64,000 bases of DNA, from contig OX597840.1 of the NCBI GenBank assembly GCA_951406725.2, positions 9,982,001 through 10,046,000 of the forward strand, read 5' to 3'. Position 1 is the stretch's first letter. Every line of letters begins with the position of its first letter. Made by a program: the position numbers and the translations under genes. This document shows positions 1-13,996 of the stretch, one piece after another. The notes under the pieces are model-generated. The model was not told the DNA's origin, searched no databases, and saw nothing but the letters and a program-made list of their open reading frames with translations. Origin of the DNA: Octopus vulgaris. Lineage: Eukaryota.

Positions 1-12
1 CTGGCTGGCTAC

Positions 13-53
13 GCTGCATTGAAAGGGGCAATACCCCGAAACGCGTCTGTAGC
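13..53 (+). ncRNA. Minimal type-I hammerhead-ribozyme-like motif (Penelope-like element LTR fragment, approx. 1-280)
   Basis: Stem I GCTGCA/TGTAGC, core TTGAAA(G), stem II GGGG-CAATA-CCCC, GAAA, palindromic CGCG loop, TC cleavage site. The element ends in a long (TA)n at 283-360. The core deviates from CUGANGA. Confidence 0.6.
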
Positions 54-276
54 TGCCGGTCAAGTAGTGTGGAGCGACTGACCTCCCTTGTTCGAAGGTT
101 ATATGGATACAGTTTGTGTATCAAATAGCTAACTTAAGGCGATGGCCTCATGGAGCTAATAAGCGGACAGCTTTTTTCTTATTTTTATATAAGAATGCCA
201 TATTAGTATGGCGATAACTATTATTTTCACGGGAACGCTGCCGCTGTTCTCTTTTAGAGAGACTTAGTTATTTTAA

Positions 277-365
<89 letters not shown>

Positions 366-582
366 TATATATATATGATATCGGTTTCGACGTTGAATTT
401 CATGTCGTCAAATATTAAAACAAAAATTTCCGTAAAAAAATTCGAAGTGAAAACAGTTTATCTTCTGTTTGGTGGTTAAAACATCTCTGGTGGTTTTTCG
501 TTGAAGTCTTCTTTAAATATAATTTGGTACAGAGTTCAAGGTGTTAGAGAAAAAGTTGACTATTGTCTAAAAAAATCTCTGT

Positions 583-1028
583 AGGGTCCTGCTGGAAAGA
601 GTCCAGAAGCTGGCTACCCGCATCGTTCTCGGTCTCAATAATTTGTCTTATGAAGAAAGGCTGAAAACGCTCGACCTTTATTCTCTAGAAAATCGACGAC
701 GCCGTGGTGATCTCATTCTTGCTCACAACATCATAAGCGGAAAGTGTAACCTCTCGAAAGAGCTGTTCTTCACTCCTGCTCCAGAGCGTCGGCTGCGGGG
801 TCACTCCGAAAAGCTCTATCTGCGACGATTTCCTCTCAATCGAAGGAGAGGGTCTTTCTCCGTCCGGGTTGCGGATCCGTGGAATAAGCTGCCGGGCGAG
901 ATGGTGAAGATGCCGACGACCGCTCGGTTCAAAGTCTCCCTTGACCACAAGTGGCCTGAACTCCTTACCTGAACGCCACCCTGTACATAACTCCATGGCC
1001 TTGCTTTTTGCTTTTTGAGCCAAAGAAT

Positions 1029-1072
<44 letters not shown>
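583..1072 (+). mobile_element. CR1-clade LINE 3' fragment (ORF2 C-terminus plus (ACTA)n tail)
   Basis: ORF 643-972 YEERLKTLDLYSLENRRRRGDLI...RGHSEKL...FSVRVADPWNKLP is typical of the CR1 ORF2 end. It is followed by a short 3'UTR and a tetranucleotide tail at 1030-1072. Confidence 0.9.
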
Positions 1073-1320
1073 AAACGAAGAGTGCCTTAAAAGTATTTAT
1101 TGAATTGGTTTTATGTCCAGATGACTGTGTGTATGAGTGTGTATTTGTGTGTGTATTGTGTTGAATGTCCTTTCAATGTGTTTGGAATGTGACCAGTTGT
1201 GTGTTAATGGGTGTGTAGGTTGTGATGAATGTCTTGTAAAAATAAGGAATCAAGAATTTCGTTCTTTTTGGTCTGTGTGGGTTTGAAATGCGATGTTTTC
1301 TTTTGAGTGTCTCCAGTTGT

Positions 1321-1362
<42 letters not shown>

Positions 1363-1619
1363 TGTTTTTTTTTGTTGTCTCCAGCTGTACGTTTGTGTGT
1401 GAGTGTATTTGTGTGTGTGTGTGTGTGTGTGTGCGTGTGCGTACAGACGTGTGTGTGAATGTATGCGTGTATGTGTGAGTGTATGTGTATGAATGTATGT
1501 GTGTGTGTGTTCGCGTGTGTGTATTTTTTAACGATGTCTTCTTTTATCTAAGTGTGTGTGTGCACATATATATATATATATATATATATATACGCACACA
1601 CATATATACATATATATAT

Positions 1620-1654
<35 letters not shown>

Positions 1655-1774
1655 CATACATATATATTTATATATATATATATATATAGATAAATCTTCA
1701 TGTATATACATTTATTATTCTTCCATAACACCCTTGTTGAAGAATATTATACAATATAATATAATCTATCTATC

Positions 1775-1829
<55 letters not shown>

Positions 1830-1959
1830 ATACATACATACATACATACATATACATATATATATATATAAAAATATATATATACATATATATACTCACA
1901 CACATGGATACATGAATATATATTCACACACGCATATATGTATATATATTTGAACACAT

Positions 1960-2016
<57 letters not shown>

Positions 2017-2360
2017 TATATATGTTATTCATACACACAATCCCACACATATATTCACAGGAAGAAATAAACGCCAAATGTAGCCACAGCAGCAAACATG
2101 TTGCCAACATGTATTCCATGTGATACAAATATAGCCATTTTGTTTTTTTAATAGTGTTAATAATGTGCATCTCCGTCGGTTTCGACGATGACTCACTTAG
2201 TCTTTCAACGGAATTTTCTTCTCATTGAGTACACGTTTATATGGCTGAGTACCCCTCAGAGACGAGTAGCTTTTACGTAATTTTCAGCAGGGTCAATGAA
2301 AAAGACTTTACCAATGGTGAGCTTCTGTACAGATTCTATTTACTTAATTTCGCAGTTTTC

Positions 2361-2782
2361 GGATCTTTTCGGTTTGAACGGCAGTTTTTTCTAGCGGTGT
2401 CATATGAAATTGTCACCCATAATTATGACCCTAGTATCGATCTATTGCATTTCAATCTCTTTTAGGGTTAGGGTTAGGGGTGGGGGGAAGGATATATTTT
2501 TTTTTCTTCAGAAATGTAAATAAACCCAATCTGTTTCTTAAACGAAGGACATATTCATACGGTACAGAATGTTTTTTTTACCCCAATAGACGTCACTGAT
2601 TGGTTGAAATTGCAGAAACTGAAGAAAAAGCAACAACAAATATCTTACAAACTATAGAATTTTCTCAAAAAAGCCAAGAGAAAAAGATGTTTTATAAACA
2701 CATTCTACCAGTATAGGAAGTTTACAAGTGTTTAGTTACCTAGAAATTATGTTAAAAACTGCCGTTCAAACCGAAAAGATCC
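2361..2782. mobile_element. Non-autonomous DNA transposon (MITE) with 28-bp TIRs and 8-bp TSD (Merlin/hAT-like)
   Basis: TIR GGATCTTTTCGGTTTGAACGGCAGTTTT at both ends. TSD CAGTTTTC at 2353-2360 and 2783-2790. Internal (TTAGGG)3 at about 2462-2479. Confidence 0.85.
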
Positions 2783-3252
2783 CAGTTTTCTCGGGGCTAT
2801 GATAAACGGCGCTTGTGCAAGAAACCACCTGTAGAATATATTTTTGGATATTTTGGGGTTATTTTGTTTATGCGGTTCCTTTTTTTCTTGTTGTTATAGG
2901 AATATCTTTTAATTCTTTATTCTTTTAATTTGCATTACGTTTCCAATTCTGCTACAAACAAAATGAACCAAGCATCTTTTATATTTTTTCTTCTTCATTG
3001 CCTTTTATTGCCATTTTAATTTTATACACACACAAACATATACACACACATATATATACACATATATACATATATTTAAGTATATATGCAATTATAGACA
3101 TCTATCTATCTATCTATCTATATAAGGTAAAATTTATAATTGATATAGGATAACATTTTTTTTCGGGAAAAAAATTTTATCAATGTCCAGCCTTTAAGGG
3201 CATTTTCCCGAAAAAATGTTTATCCTATATCAATTATCTCTCTCTCTCTATA

Positions 3253-3306
<54 letters not shown>

Positions 3307-3624
3307 TGTATGTATGTATGTATGCGCGTATATATGTCTATATAGATATGTACTTATGCAAATATAGGCATATATATGAATGTATATTTTTCCTTTTATT
3401 AACATTTTAATTTTATACACACACACACACACACAAACATATACACGCACATATATATATACACATTATATACATATATTTAAATATATATGCAAATATA
3501 GACATGTGTATATATATATATGTGTGTATGTGTGTGAATGTATGTATGCGTGTATATATGTCTATATAGATATGTAAATGTGCAAATATAGACCTATATA
3601 TGTATATATATATATATATATAAT

Positions 3625-3677
<53 letters not shown>

Positions 3678-3895
3678 GGTTTTTCTTTGTGTTAATTGTC
3701 CTGTACTCCATTTTTTGTTGTTTTTAAAAAAATGTCCAGTTCCTTTGGTTTGTGTCTATGTTTTCCTTTCTCATTGTGTTCGACGTCCCTTTGGTGTCCT
3801 GTACTCATATATGCGTGTATATGTACATGTAGAGGTAGATACGTACATATATGTTTATATATATTCATATGTTTTATTTCATTTATTTCATTTAT

Positions 3896-3929
<34 letters not shown>

Positions 3930-3949
3930 CATATGTAAGTATAGTGCAT

Positions 3950-4500
3950 AGATAGCCCGCTCTCCAGCCATCTATTTAAAACTGTATACAGCTATGGTAC
4001 GACCACACTTGGAATTTGCATCATCAGTTTGGAACCCCTATCTTGCACAGAACATTGACCTCCTGGAATCTGTCCAGAGACGTGCAACCAAACGCATACC
4101 CTCCATCAGACACCTACCATATTCTGAGCGCCTTGTTTCCCTGGGCATGGATTCACTGAAGCTCCGGCGTCTGGCGACGGACTTGGTAAACACCCACAAA
4201 GTTATCAACCACCTCACCAACAACAACACTGAACACCTTTTTGATCTCCATGTGTCTAACACACGTGGACATGCCTACAAAGTCAGAAAACAGCACAGCT
4301 CCCATGACTTTCGGAAACATTTTTTCACGCTCAGAGTTGCTGAAGCATGGAACAAACTGCCTGCGTCAGTTGTTGACTGCCATGACACTGCATCCTTTAA
4401 GGCCCTCATGCTTTCCGAAATCCGCCGAAACTACACCTGATTATACATACACTTTAGATGAGTTGTAGTGCACCTGAGCACTGTACACAATGTTTTAGTA
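3950..4500 (+). mobile_element. CR1-clade LINE 3' fragment (second subfamily)
   Basis: ORF 3994-4440 VRPHLEFASSVWNPYL...LESVQRRATK...YSERL...TRGHAYK...FFTLRVAEAWNKLP. Confidence 0.9.
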
Positions 4501-4656
4501 TTATTATTATATTTGTATGTGTGTATATATATATATGGTTACTATTAGGCGCACACAAGCACGCACATATGAAGACACACATATGCATATATACACGTAT
4601 ATATATAGACATGACTTTGTACATTTGCTTATACGTATACAATACATAAATATATA

Positions 4657-4889
4657 TATTTCTTTACAACCCACAAGGGGCTAAACATAGAGGGGACAAA
4701 CAAGGACAGACAAACGGATTAAGTCGATTATATCGACCCCAATGTGAAACTGGTACTTTATTTATCGACCCCGAAAGGATGAAAGGCAAAGTCGACCGCG
4801 GTGAAATTTGAACTCAGAACGTAACGACAGACGAAATACCGCTAAGAATTTCGCCTGGCGCGCCAACGTTTCTGCCAGCTCGCCGCCTT
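4657..4889 (-). mobile_element. SINE family B, monomer
   Basis: Head AAGGCGGCGAGCTGGCAGAAACGTT (A-box-like), B-box-like GTTCAAAT, body GTCGACTTTGCCTTTCATCCTTTCGGGGTCGATAAA. Many copies occur in the window. Confidence 0.85.
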
Positions 4890-5349
4890 CCTACAATACA
4901 TAAATATATAATTGCTTAGATACACAGACAAACACAAGCACATTTACGCCTGAACACATTTCTAATGAGATAAGAATTTCGCATGCCAAAACTAATATTC
5001 TGTAATTAATAAAACAGAAACATTTATGTACAGCCTGTCAAAGAAATTCAATAAACTCCGGAGTATGTAATGACCGGAAAAGTAAAAGTTAAAAGATATG
5101 ACTATCGACGTAAACATATCCTGATTATATTTATTAACTCGTCAAGTAGACGTAACTGTTACGGTGTTTATTTACACATTGAACAAATAATTGAAATCTT
5201 AATTGGACCATAAACTTATATGTAGCGAAATGATTTCTTGATTATAAGAATTCTTTGTCAGAACGCTTGTTTCCATAATGTTTTACCTTTAACCTCGTAA
5301 TCTCTGTTGGTTGAAGTTTGTGTGTTTGATCTACATAGGGATAGGTATG

Positions 5350-5491
5350 TATTTCTTTACTACCCACAAGGGGCTAAACACAGAGGGGACAAACAAGGAC
5401 AGACAAAGGGATTAAGTCGATTATAGCCTCGAGGCCGACCAAAGCCTTGTGAATGGATTTGGTAGACAGAAACTGAAAGAAGCCCTCGTCG

Positions 5492-5522
<31 letters not shown>

Positions 5523-5932
5523 CTTTACTACCCACAAGGGGCTAAACATAGAGGGGACAAACAAGGACAGACAAAGGATTAAGTCGATTATATCGACCCC
5601 GGTGCGTAACTGGTACTTAATTTATCGACCCAGAAAGGATGAAAGGCAAAGTCGACCTCGGCGGAATTTGAACTCGGAACGTAACGACAGACGAAATACC
5701 TATTTCTTTATTACCCACAAGGAGCTAAACACAGAAGGACAAACAAGGACAGACAAAGGGATTAAGTCGATTATATCGACCCCAGTGCGTGACTGGTACT
5801 TAATTTATCGACCCCGAAAGGATGAAAGGCAAAGTCGACCTCGGCGGAATTTGAACTCGGAACGTAACGACAGATGAAATACGGTTACGAATTTCGCACG
5901 GCGTGCTAACGTTTCTACCAGCTCGCCGCCTT
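5350..5932 (-). mobile_element. SINE family B, tandem array (about 2.5 units) with an embedded family A piece
   Basis: Repeated ~185-bp body units. About 5424-5520 is a family A segment ending in (TA)n. Confidence 0.8.
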
Positions 5933-6003
5933 TAGGTATGGCCAACGTGGAACAGCGGTTGTGGCAGAAACAAATCTGATTTGTTACAAGTTTGATCTTT
6001 TAG

Positions 6004-6191
6004 TCGTAGGTGTGGCTATGTGGTAAGTAGCTTGTTTACGAACCACATGGTTCAGGGTTCAGTCCCACTTCGTGGCATCTTGGGCAAGTGCCTTCTACTA
6101 TGGCCTCGGGCCGAGCAAAGACTAGTGGGTGGATTTGGTAGACGGAAACTGAAAGAAGCCCGTCGTATATATGTATATATATATATATATC

Positions 6192-6274
<83 letters not shown>

Positions 6275-6485
6275 CGTGTATTTTTGTGTGTCTGTGTTTG
6301 TTCCCCCTAGCATTGCTCGAGTGTTTACGTGCCCGTAACATAGCGGATCGGTAAAAACACCGATAGAATAAGTACTGGGCTTACAAAAGAATAAGTCCCG
6401 GGGTCGAGTTGCTCGATTAAAGGCGGTGCTCCAGCATGGCCGCAGTCAAATGACTGAAACAAGTAAAAGAATAAGGGAATAAAAG
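6004..6485 (+). mobile_element. SINE family A (tRNA-derived, internal microsatellite, (GAGTAAAA)-type tail)
   Basis: Head ..GTGGCTATGTGGTAAGTAGCTTG..GGGTTCAGTCCCAC (A/B boxes), internal (TA)/(TG), 3' GGCCGCAGTCAAATGACTGAAACAAGTAAAAGA. Confidence 0.9.
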
Positions 6486-6749
6486 TATTTCAATTTGTGT
6501 ACGTCATTGTTAATATAAGAATAACTAAAAATGGACTGAATCTGTTTTTAGTAAAAATGGTAAGATTGTGTTAGTTGGAATTAAATCAACTATTTTTGGA
6601 TGAGAAATTGCTTTCTGGTTTTGTTTTCCGTGATTATCCCTGTGCCAACATAAAACAGATACTGCTGTATAAGCAGGTGTACATATATACATACACACAT
6701 AGATACACACACATACACACACACACTCTCTCTCACACATATAGATAGA

Positions 6750-6800
<51 letters not shown>

Positions 6801-6832
6801 CATATATATATGTATGTATATATATATATATA

Positions 6833-6913
<81 letters not shown>

Positions 6914-6993
6914 GCACGTATTGTATATAATATATGTATGCATATATATATATACATATATATAATATGCATGTATTGTATGTAATATATGTA

Positions 6994-7095
<102 letters not shown>

Positions 7096-7099
7096 CATA

Positions 7100-7590
7100 T
7101 GTGGGTACGAGACGTCACCAACTGTGTAAACATGAAATATGTTGAAAAAAACGAGTTAAATACGTAACCAACGAGAGAAAGAAATGGAAAACAGGACAAG
7201 TTAAAAAAGAAAGGACCCTTCATCAGTTGTCGGCTGTCTAGCTACTCCTCGTTTCGAGCATTCAATGACAATACGAGTCTTCAATTACAGTTGCTCCCAT
7301 AAATTCTAATATAAAATTTAGGATTTATGGAGAACAACAGTTGGGAAGAAAAACAGGACAGTGGAGACATACAAGGAAACCGAACGAAAACAAACGTGGA
7401 GGGACTTTTGACGAGAAGGAGAGGAAAATAGTGAACGCTGGGAGAAATATATTCTTTGAAAAGAGAAAAGATAGAAGAGAGGGATAAAAAATGTCCAGTC
7501 CTTTGAACGTCCGTGCAGGAAAAGAAAGATGGTTACGTGAGCAAAGGAAAGATGGACGATGGTCACCTGTGAGCAACGAGAGAGAGAGAA
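7100..7590 (-). mobile_element. Probable Penelope-like element terminal fragment (related pieces at about 37335-37500 and 3690-3810)
   Basis: Shared terminus GGGTAC(A/G)(G)GACGTCACCAAC next to (TA)/(TG) tracts. Degenerate CTGATGA and GAAAC motifs lie on the minus strand. Confidence 0.4.
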
Positions 7591-7756
7591 AGATAAAGAG
7601 AAAGAGAGAGAGAGAGAGAGAGAACAGTGAAAGAGGGAGAGAGAGAGGGAGAAAAGAGATTTAGAAGAGGACGGAGAAAGAAAACAGTGTAGAGTAGAAT
7701 CGCATTAAAAAGGTGAAGATAAACTTACTTGGAAATGGATGCGAAGCGTTCAATTA

Positions 7757-7862
<106 letters not shown>

Positions 7863-7872
7863 ATAATATATA

Positions 7873-7946
<74 letters not shown>

Positions 7947-7956
7947 TAAATATATA

Positions 7957-8030
<74 letters not shown>

Positions 8031-8359
8031 TATGTATAGATGTATATGTATATACAGGGACAGAGGCGTTATAGCACAATAGATCTTCAATTATATTATT
8101 CAACAGAACAACAAATCTATATTTAGTAAACAATAGGGAAAAAAATCAGAAATCTAGGTGAAGGGGAAAAACAGCAGAAAAATCATTATATTATGATGTT
8201 TCCAGGTTATCTTTTAATGGAAAAATCCTATTATATTACCTACAAATAAATGCACCATGTGTATGTATGTAAGTAGGTATATATATATATACTTATATCT
8301 ACGCACGTATATGTATATGTATCTCACTTTCTGTACATATAAACATACATACATGCATG

Positions 8360-8435
<76 letters not shown>

Positions 8436-8734
8436 CATACCTACAAACATACATATGCATACATACATAATACATACATACATTAATACATATATATATG
8501 TATATATATATATATATATACACATATATATATATATATATATACATATGCCCATACAAATATGCACACACATACACACACATACGCAGCCAGATATGTG
8601 TATTGCCTTCTCTTCCTAATTATATAAGATGATATAATATTTCTCCCGTTTGATTTTGAATTTAATGGTATATATGCGTGTCTATATGTATATACATGTA
8701 TATACATGGATGTATATATTTATTTCTATATATA

Positions 8735-8787
<53 letters not shown>

Positions 8788-8825
8788 GCGTATATGTATA
8801 TGTGTGTGTATTTGTGTATTTATGC

Positions 8826-8861
<36 letters not shown>

Positions 8862-8908
8862 CATCTATCTATCTATCTATCTATCTATCTTCTCTCTATC
8901 TATCTATC

Positions 8909-8969
<61 letters not shown>

Positions 8970-8984
8970 GTATCTATATATCAA

Positions 8985-9041
<57 letters not shown>

Positions 9042-9502
9042 TACTATATCTCAGGAAAGGAAACTGTACCGAACGTCATGTGTTTGGTAAACCACACAGC
9101 CACACATGCTCGCGCGCACAAACACACACACACACGCATCTACAAAAATACCCTGTTATTGATTTCGAACTTCCAATGAAGGAGCCTTGAATCTAGGTCA
9201 GAAACTGGATCTTTCTCTCTTGACAAGAAGTATTGAAATAAAACTGAACTACGACATATTCATGCGGACACACATACAGACATACAAACATATGTTAACA
9301 TGTCCAGATATACAAATATATGCATGAAAATATATACTTAAAACAAGACATTCATACATACATACATACATACATAGAAAAATACCCAGTTGATGCTGAA
9401 ATTCCAATGACGAAGCCTTGGATCTAGATTAGAAACCGGCTCCTTGGCAAGAAATCTTAAGATAAAACTGAATTATGAAATACGTATATACATATATACG
9501 TA

Positions 9503-10013
9503 CCGTAAATCCTCGAGTATAATCCGCATTCCCCCCCCCCAATTTAAAGGTAAAAATCCCTCGTGCGTACTATATGCGAGGTGAAAAATGAAAAATATTT
9601 TCTAAGCAATGTCAGAGTCTCTATTTGCTGTCCGGCAATGTTTATTCAGAAGCATTTTGTGATGTCGGATGCGAAAATACCTTAAGCTAAGCCTGAAAGC
9701 AATGAAGTCATAAAAGAATCGTCCATAACTTGTAGTAAGCAACATTTATTAAAATCAAAGTATTCAGAACACAGAATAACATGTAACAAAAACAATTTGC
9801 AAACATATTTACATTCCCATATAACAGTTAAGAACATCACCATTATTCTATTACGCGTGTTTTTTGACTAGGTGCTGCTGGCTTAATTACGCACGAATGA
9901 AGTTAGAGAAGTGGTGCGTAATATACACAAGGTTTAGGTTTTTCAGAGGTACAGCCCCCTAAAAATCCCCTGCGTATCATACTCAAGGGCGGACTATACT
10001 CGAGGATTTACGG
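9503..10013. mobile_element. pogo/Tigger-like MITE, TA TSD
   Basis: TIR CCGTAAATCCTCGAGTATAATCCGC / GCGGACTATACTCGAGGATTTACGG flanked by TA, with subterminal repeats of the TIR motif. Confidence 0.85.
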
Positions 10014-10756
10014 TAATTATATACATGCATACATACAAAGAGACAGACAGACAGACAGACAGATATACAAACAAACAGAGAAAGACATATACACATATAC
10101 GGTGCGGAACCGTTAACATACGATGGCTTTGTGATTTTGGCGTGTAAAAAATATCGGAAATCATCTGATGTCTGATATGATCTTCCCCAATTTGTTCAAG
10201 TAAAGAAAAGATACAAAGAAAGTGAGAATATCAAGAAGAATCCCTCCCAGGGGACTAATTCGGTACTTTATTAATTGACGACAACCAGATGAAAAGAAAT
10301 GTCGACCAGAGTACGATTTCAACTTAGTCCGCTGACAGCCGGAACTAAAGTATCATAGAAATCTATTTTCCTGAAAATTCTGTAAATTAACCACCATAAA
10401 CGTACATACATATGTACGTACGTACGTACATACATACATACTCACATATATACATACATACGTGCATACATGCATACATACATACATACTCACATACATA
10501 CATACGTACATACGTACATACATACTCACATACATACATACGTACATACACATATATACTTACATACATAAATGCATTCATACATACATATACACATACA
10601 TACATACGTACATACGTACATACATACATATATACATTCATACATACGTAAATACATACATACGTATATATGTACATACATACATATATATATATATATT
10701 TATACGTATGTATGTGTGTGTGTATATATATATATATGTATATACATAATACATAC

Positions 10757-10833
<77 letters not shown>

Positions 10834-11149
10834 TGTATGTATGTACATATATACACGCAACAGGTATTCACTTACTAAGCTGAGGCACACAACCCGGATA
10901 TTTACATACAAACATACGCATATATACACTCACGCACACACACACACACACACACACGCAAACACACACATTCACACACACACACATATGTGTGTGTGCG
11001 TGTGTGTATGTACATGGTGACTACAGTAACACCCACCTACAAAGGCGATGTTTGTTAAGATGACAGTGAAAGATGTAACAGCGTGTATTTAATTGTCGAG
11101 TGACGAGCAGAAATGTTTGCGCAGAGTGGAGTAGGTAAGGAGGAGAGAG

Positions 11150-11395
11150 TAGAGGGGAGAGGTGTGCCGGTGGGGGGAGTGGTAGTCGGAGGTGTCCTGA
11201 AGTCAGCTTAAATTCTGTTGATCTACGATCGTAAGAAATCCAACCGTGGCCATCCTGTCAATTCTTTCAAGGAGAGAGGAGAGGTGTGCTGGTGGGGGGA
11301 ATGGTAGTCGGAGGTGTCCTGAAGTCAGCTTAAATTCTGTTGATCTACGATCGTATGAAATCCAGCCGTGGCCATCCTTTCAAACAATTCTTTCA
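11150..11395. repeat. Tandem direct duplication of about 122 bp
   Basis: GAGAGGTGTGC..GGTAGTCGGAGGTGTCCTGAAGTCAGCTTAAATTCTGTTGATCTACGATCGTA..CCGTGGCCATCC occurs twice. Confidence 0.85.
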
Positions 11396-11507
11396 AACAA
11401 ACACCTAGGACTGCTATCCTTTTAAAAATAGCGCTAGACATTATGTGAGGGAGAATTGGCTGCCATTTTCTATATATTATTGCAATATATATAATATATA
11501 TATATCT

Positions 11508-11899
11508 TAGGTGTAAGAGTGGCTGTGTGGTAAGTAGCTTGCTTACCAACCACATGGTTCCGGGTTCAGTCCCACTGCATGGCACCTTGACAAGTGTCTT
11601 CTGCTATGGCTTCGGGCTGACCAAAGCCTTGTGAATGGATTTGGTAGACGGAAACTGAAAGAAGCCCTTCGTATATATGTACGTGTGTGTATATGTTTGT
11701 GTGTCTGTGTTTGTCCCCCCAACATCGCTTGACAACCGATGCTGGTGTGTTTACGTCCCCGTAACTTAGCGGTTCGGCAAAAGAGACCGATAGAATAAGT
11801 ACTAGGCTTACAAAGAATAAATACTGGGGTCGATTTGCTCGACTTAATGCGGCGCTCCAGTATGGCTACAGTCAAATAACTGAAACAAGTAAAAGAGAG
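11508..11899 (+). mobile_element. SINE family A, full length
   Basis: Full match to the family A consensus seen throughout the window. Confidence 0.9.
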
Positions 11900-12117
11900 T
11901 ATAATATAATATATAGTCCTATATATTATTGCATGTTTTGACACAAGGTCAACAATTTTGAGGGGCGGGGCAATTCGCTCACATCGACCGGTTGGTATTT
12001 ATTTTATTGACATCGAAAGAACGAATGCCAAAGTCGACCTCGACAGAATTTGAACTCAAAACGTAAAGAGCCGGAAGAAATTCCACTAAGCATTTTATCC
12101 GGAGTATTACCGAATCG

Positions 12118-12620
12118 GTGGAGGCGCGTGGCTTAGTGGTTAGGGTGTCAGCACCATGATCGTAAGATTGTGGTTTCGATTCCTGAACCGGGCGACGCGT
12201 TGTGTTCTTGAGCAAAACACTTCATTTCACGTTGCTCCAGTCCACTCAGCAGGCAAAAATGAGTAAGGCTGCGATGGACTGGCGTCCCCATCCAGCTGGG
12301 GAACATCCTTCATCATCATTGTTCGACCGTGGTCGAAACAATGGAATTTACCATGCCACGCCAGACTTCACGGTCCATCATGGCATTACGGAGGTCCTGT
12401 TGCTGGATGCCTGTATCCCTGGAGATTACATCAGGGTAGGAGAGTGTGCGCCCTCTGGTAATGCGAGTAGATGGCTTCCAGAGGAGAAGAGTAGAAATGA
12501 CCTCTTGTTCAGCTCTACAACAATGTCCAGCAAACTGGACTCTCCTACCATTCCTACCCTCATACGCCATGGAAACCGGGAAACCGGGCCCATGAGCCTG
12601 GCTAGGCTTTAAAAGGGTGC
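12118..12620 (+). mobile_element. SINE family C-related (tRNA-derived) interrupted by an RTE fragment
   Basis: Head GGAGGCGCGTGGCTTAGTGGTTAGGG..GGTTTCGATTCC. The body resumes after 12548. Confidence 0.75.
12308..12548 (-). mobile_element. RTE-clade LINE 3' fragment
   Basis: RRVQFAGHCCRAEQEVISTLLLWKPS...DREVWRGMVNSIVSTTVEQ* followed by an (ATG)n tail. Near-identical to the copies at 22481 and 62970. Confidence 0.85.
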
Positions 12621-12721
12621 ATTTATTATTTTTTTTTACCGTCTCGTGGCCTTACTAAGGAATTCGGTTTCGGACTTTCATCTTCTAATTATTATTATTA
12701 TTATTATCATTATTATTGTTG

Positions 12722-12800
<79 letters not shown>

Positions 12801-13250
12801 CTTTTTTTTCACTTGCAGACGTTAAATCTCGCATCGTTTTGATGACATTTCTTCGTTTTAATTTCCTCATAAAATGTTTTCTTTCACACACAAATATTTG
12901 AAAAGGTGAAATAAAAATTTGAAATAAAACAATAAAATCGTGTAAATCTCTCCCCGCCACACTCTCTTCCTCTCTCTGTCTGTCTGTCATACTCTTCCTT
13001 CTCCTTCTCTCTCCCTCTCTCTTTCTGCCAAAAGTCATACCTTTTAACTCTTACTCGTTCCAGTCATTAGACTACGACCATGCTGGAGCACCGCCTTCAA
13101 GCTTTTAGTCTTTGGGTGAACCGCTAAGTAATAGGACATAAACAGACCAACACCAGTTATATATATGATGCCATTCTTTCACTTTCCGCGAAATCCATAG
13201 AAAAGGCTTTGGTCGGCCCTGGGTTGTAGTAAAAGTCACTTGCCAAGTAG

Positions 13251-13292
<42 letters not shown>

Positions 13293-13458
13293 GCGCATGG
13301 TTCAATCCCACAGCGTGGCACCTTGGGCAAATGTCTTCTATTATAGCCTCGGGTCAACCAAAGCCTTGCGAGTGGATTTGGTAGACGAAAACTGAAAGAA
13401 GCCCGTCGTAGATATCTATATATATGTATATATATATGTGTGTATGTATATATGTATG

Positions 13459-13506
<48 letters not shown>

Positions 13507-13935
13507 GTATATATATATATGTACATATATATGTATTTATATACATCATATATATATGTGTGTGTGTGTGTATATATATATATGTACATATATATGTATT
13601 TATATACATCATATATATATGTGTGTGTGTGTGTATATATATATATATACGTCGGTTCTGCGATTTCCTGCTGAACGACCTGCACAAATGATTTGTTTAT
13701 GATGATCAAATGTTTGTGCTGTACACTCCCTCCATTAAATCCACATTACCTGAACAGGTGCGCGGCGTCCGTCCCACAAATCATGCGTCGACGAAGTCGC
13801 AGAGGAACGTGATATAAAAGTGTTTTGTGCTCAGGTGCACTACGCACCACGCGATCCGAGAATTGGAACCACGAATTCGCGATTGTGAGCGCAACAAACT
13901 AACCACTAGACCACGTACCCTCATTATATATCCAA

Positions 13936-13988
<53 letters not shown>

Positions 13989-13996
<8 letters not shown>

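Noticed and set aside
378-415. Minus-strand TTGACGA..GTCGAAACCGATA hammerhead-like string
   Set aside because: The core and stem II overlap and stem I is absent, so it is too degenerate to call.
2462-2486. Telomere or interstitial telomeric site
   Set aside because: Only three TTAGGG units, internal to a MITE.
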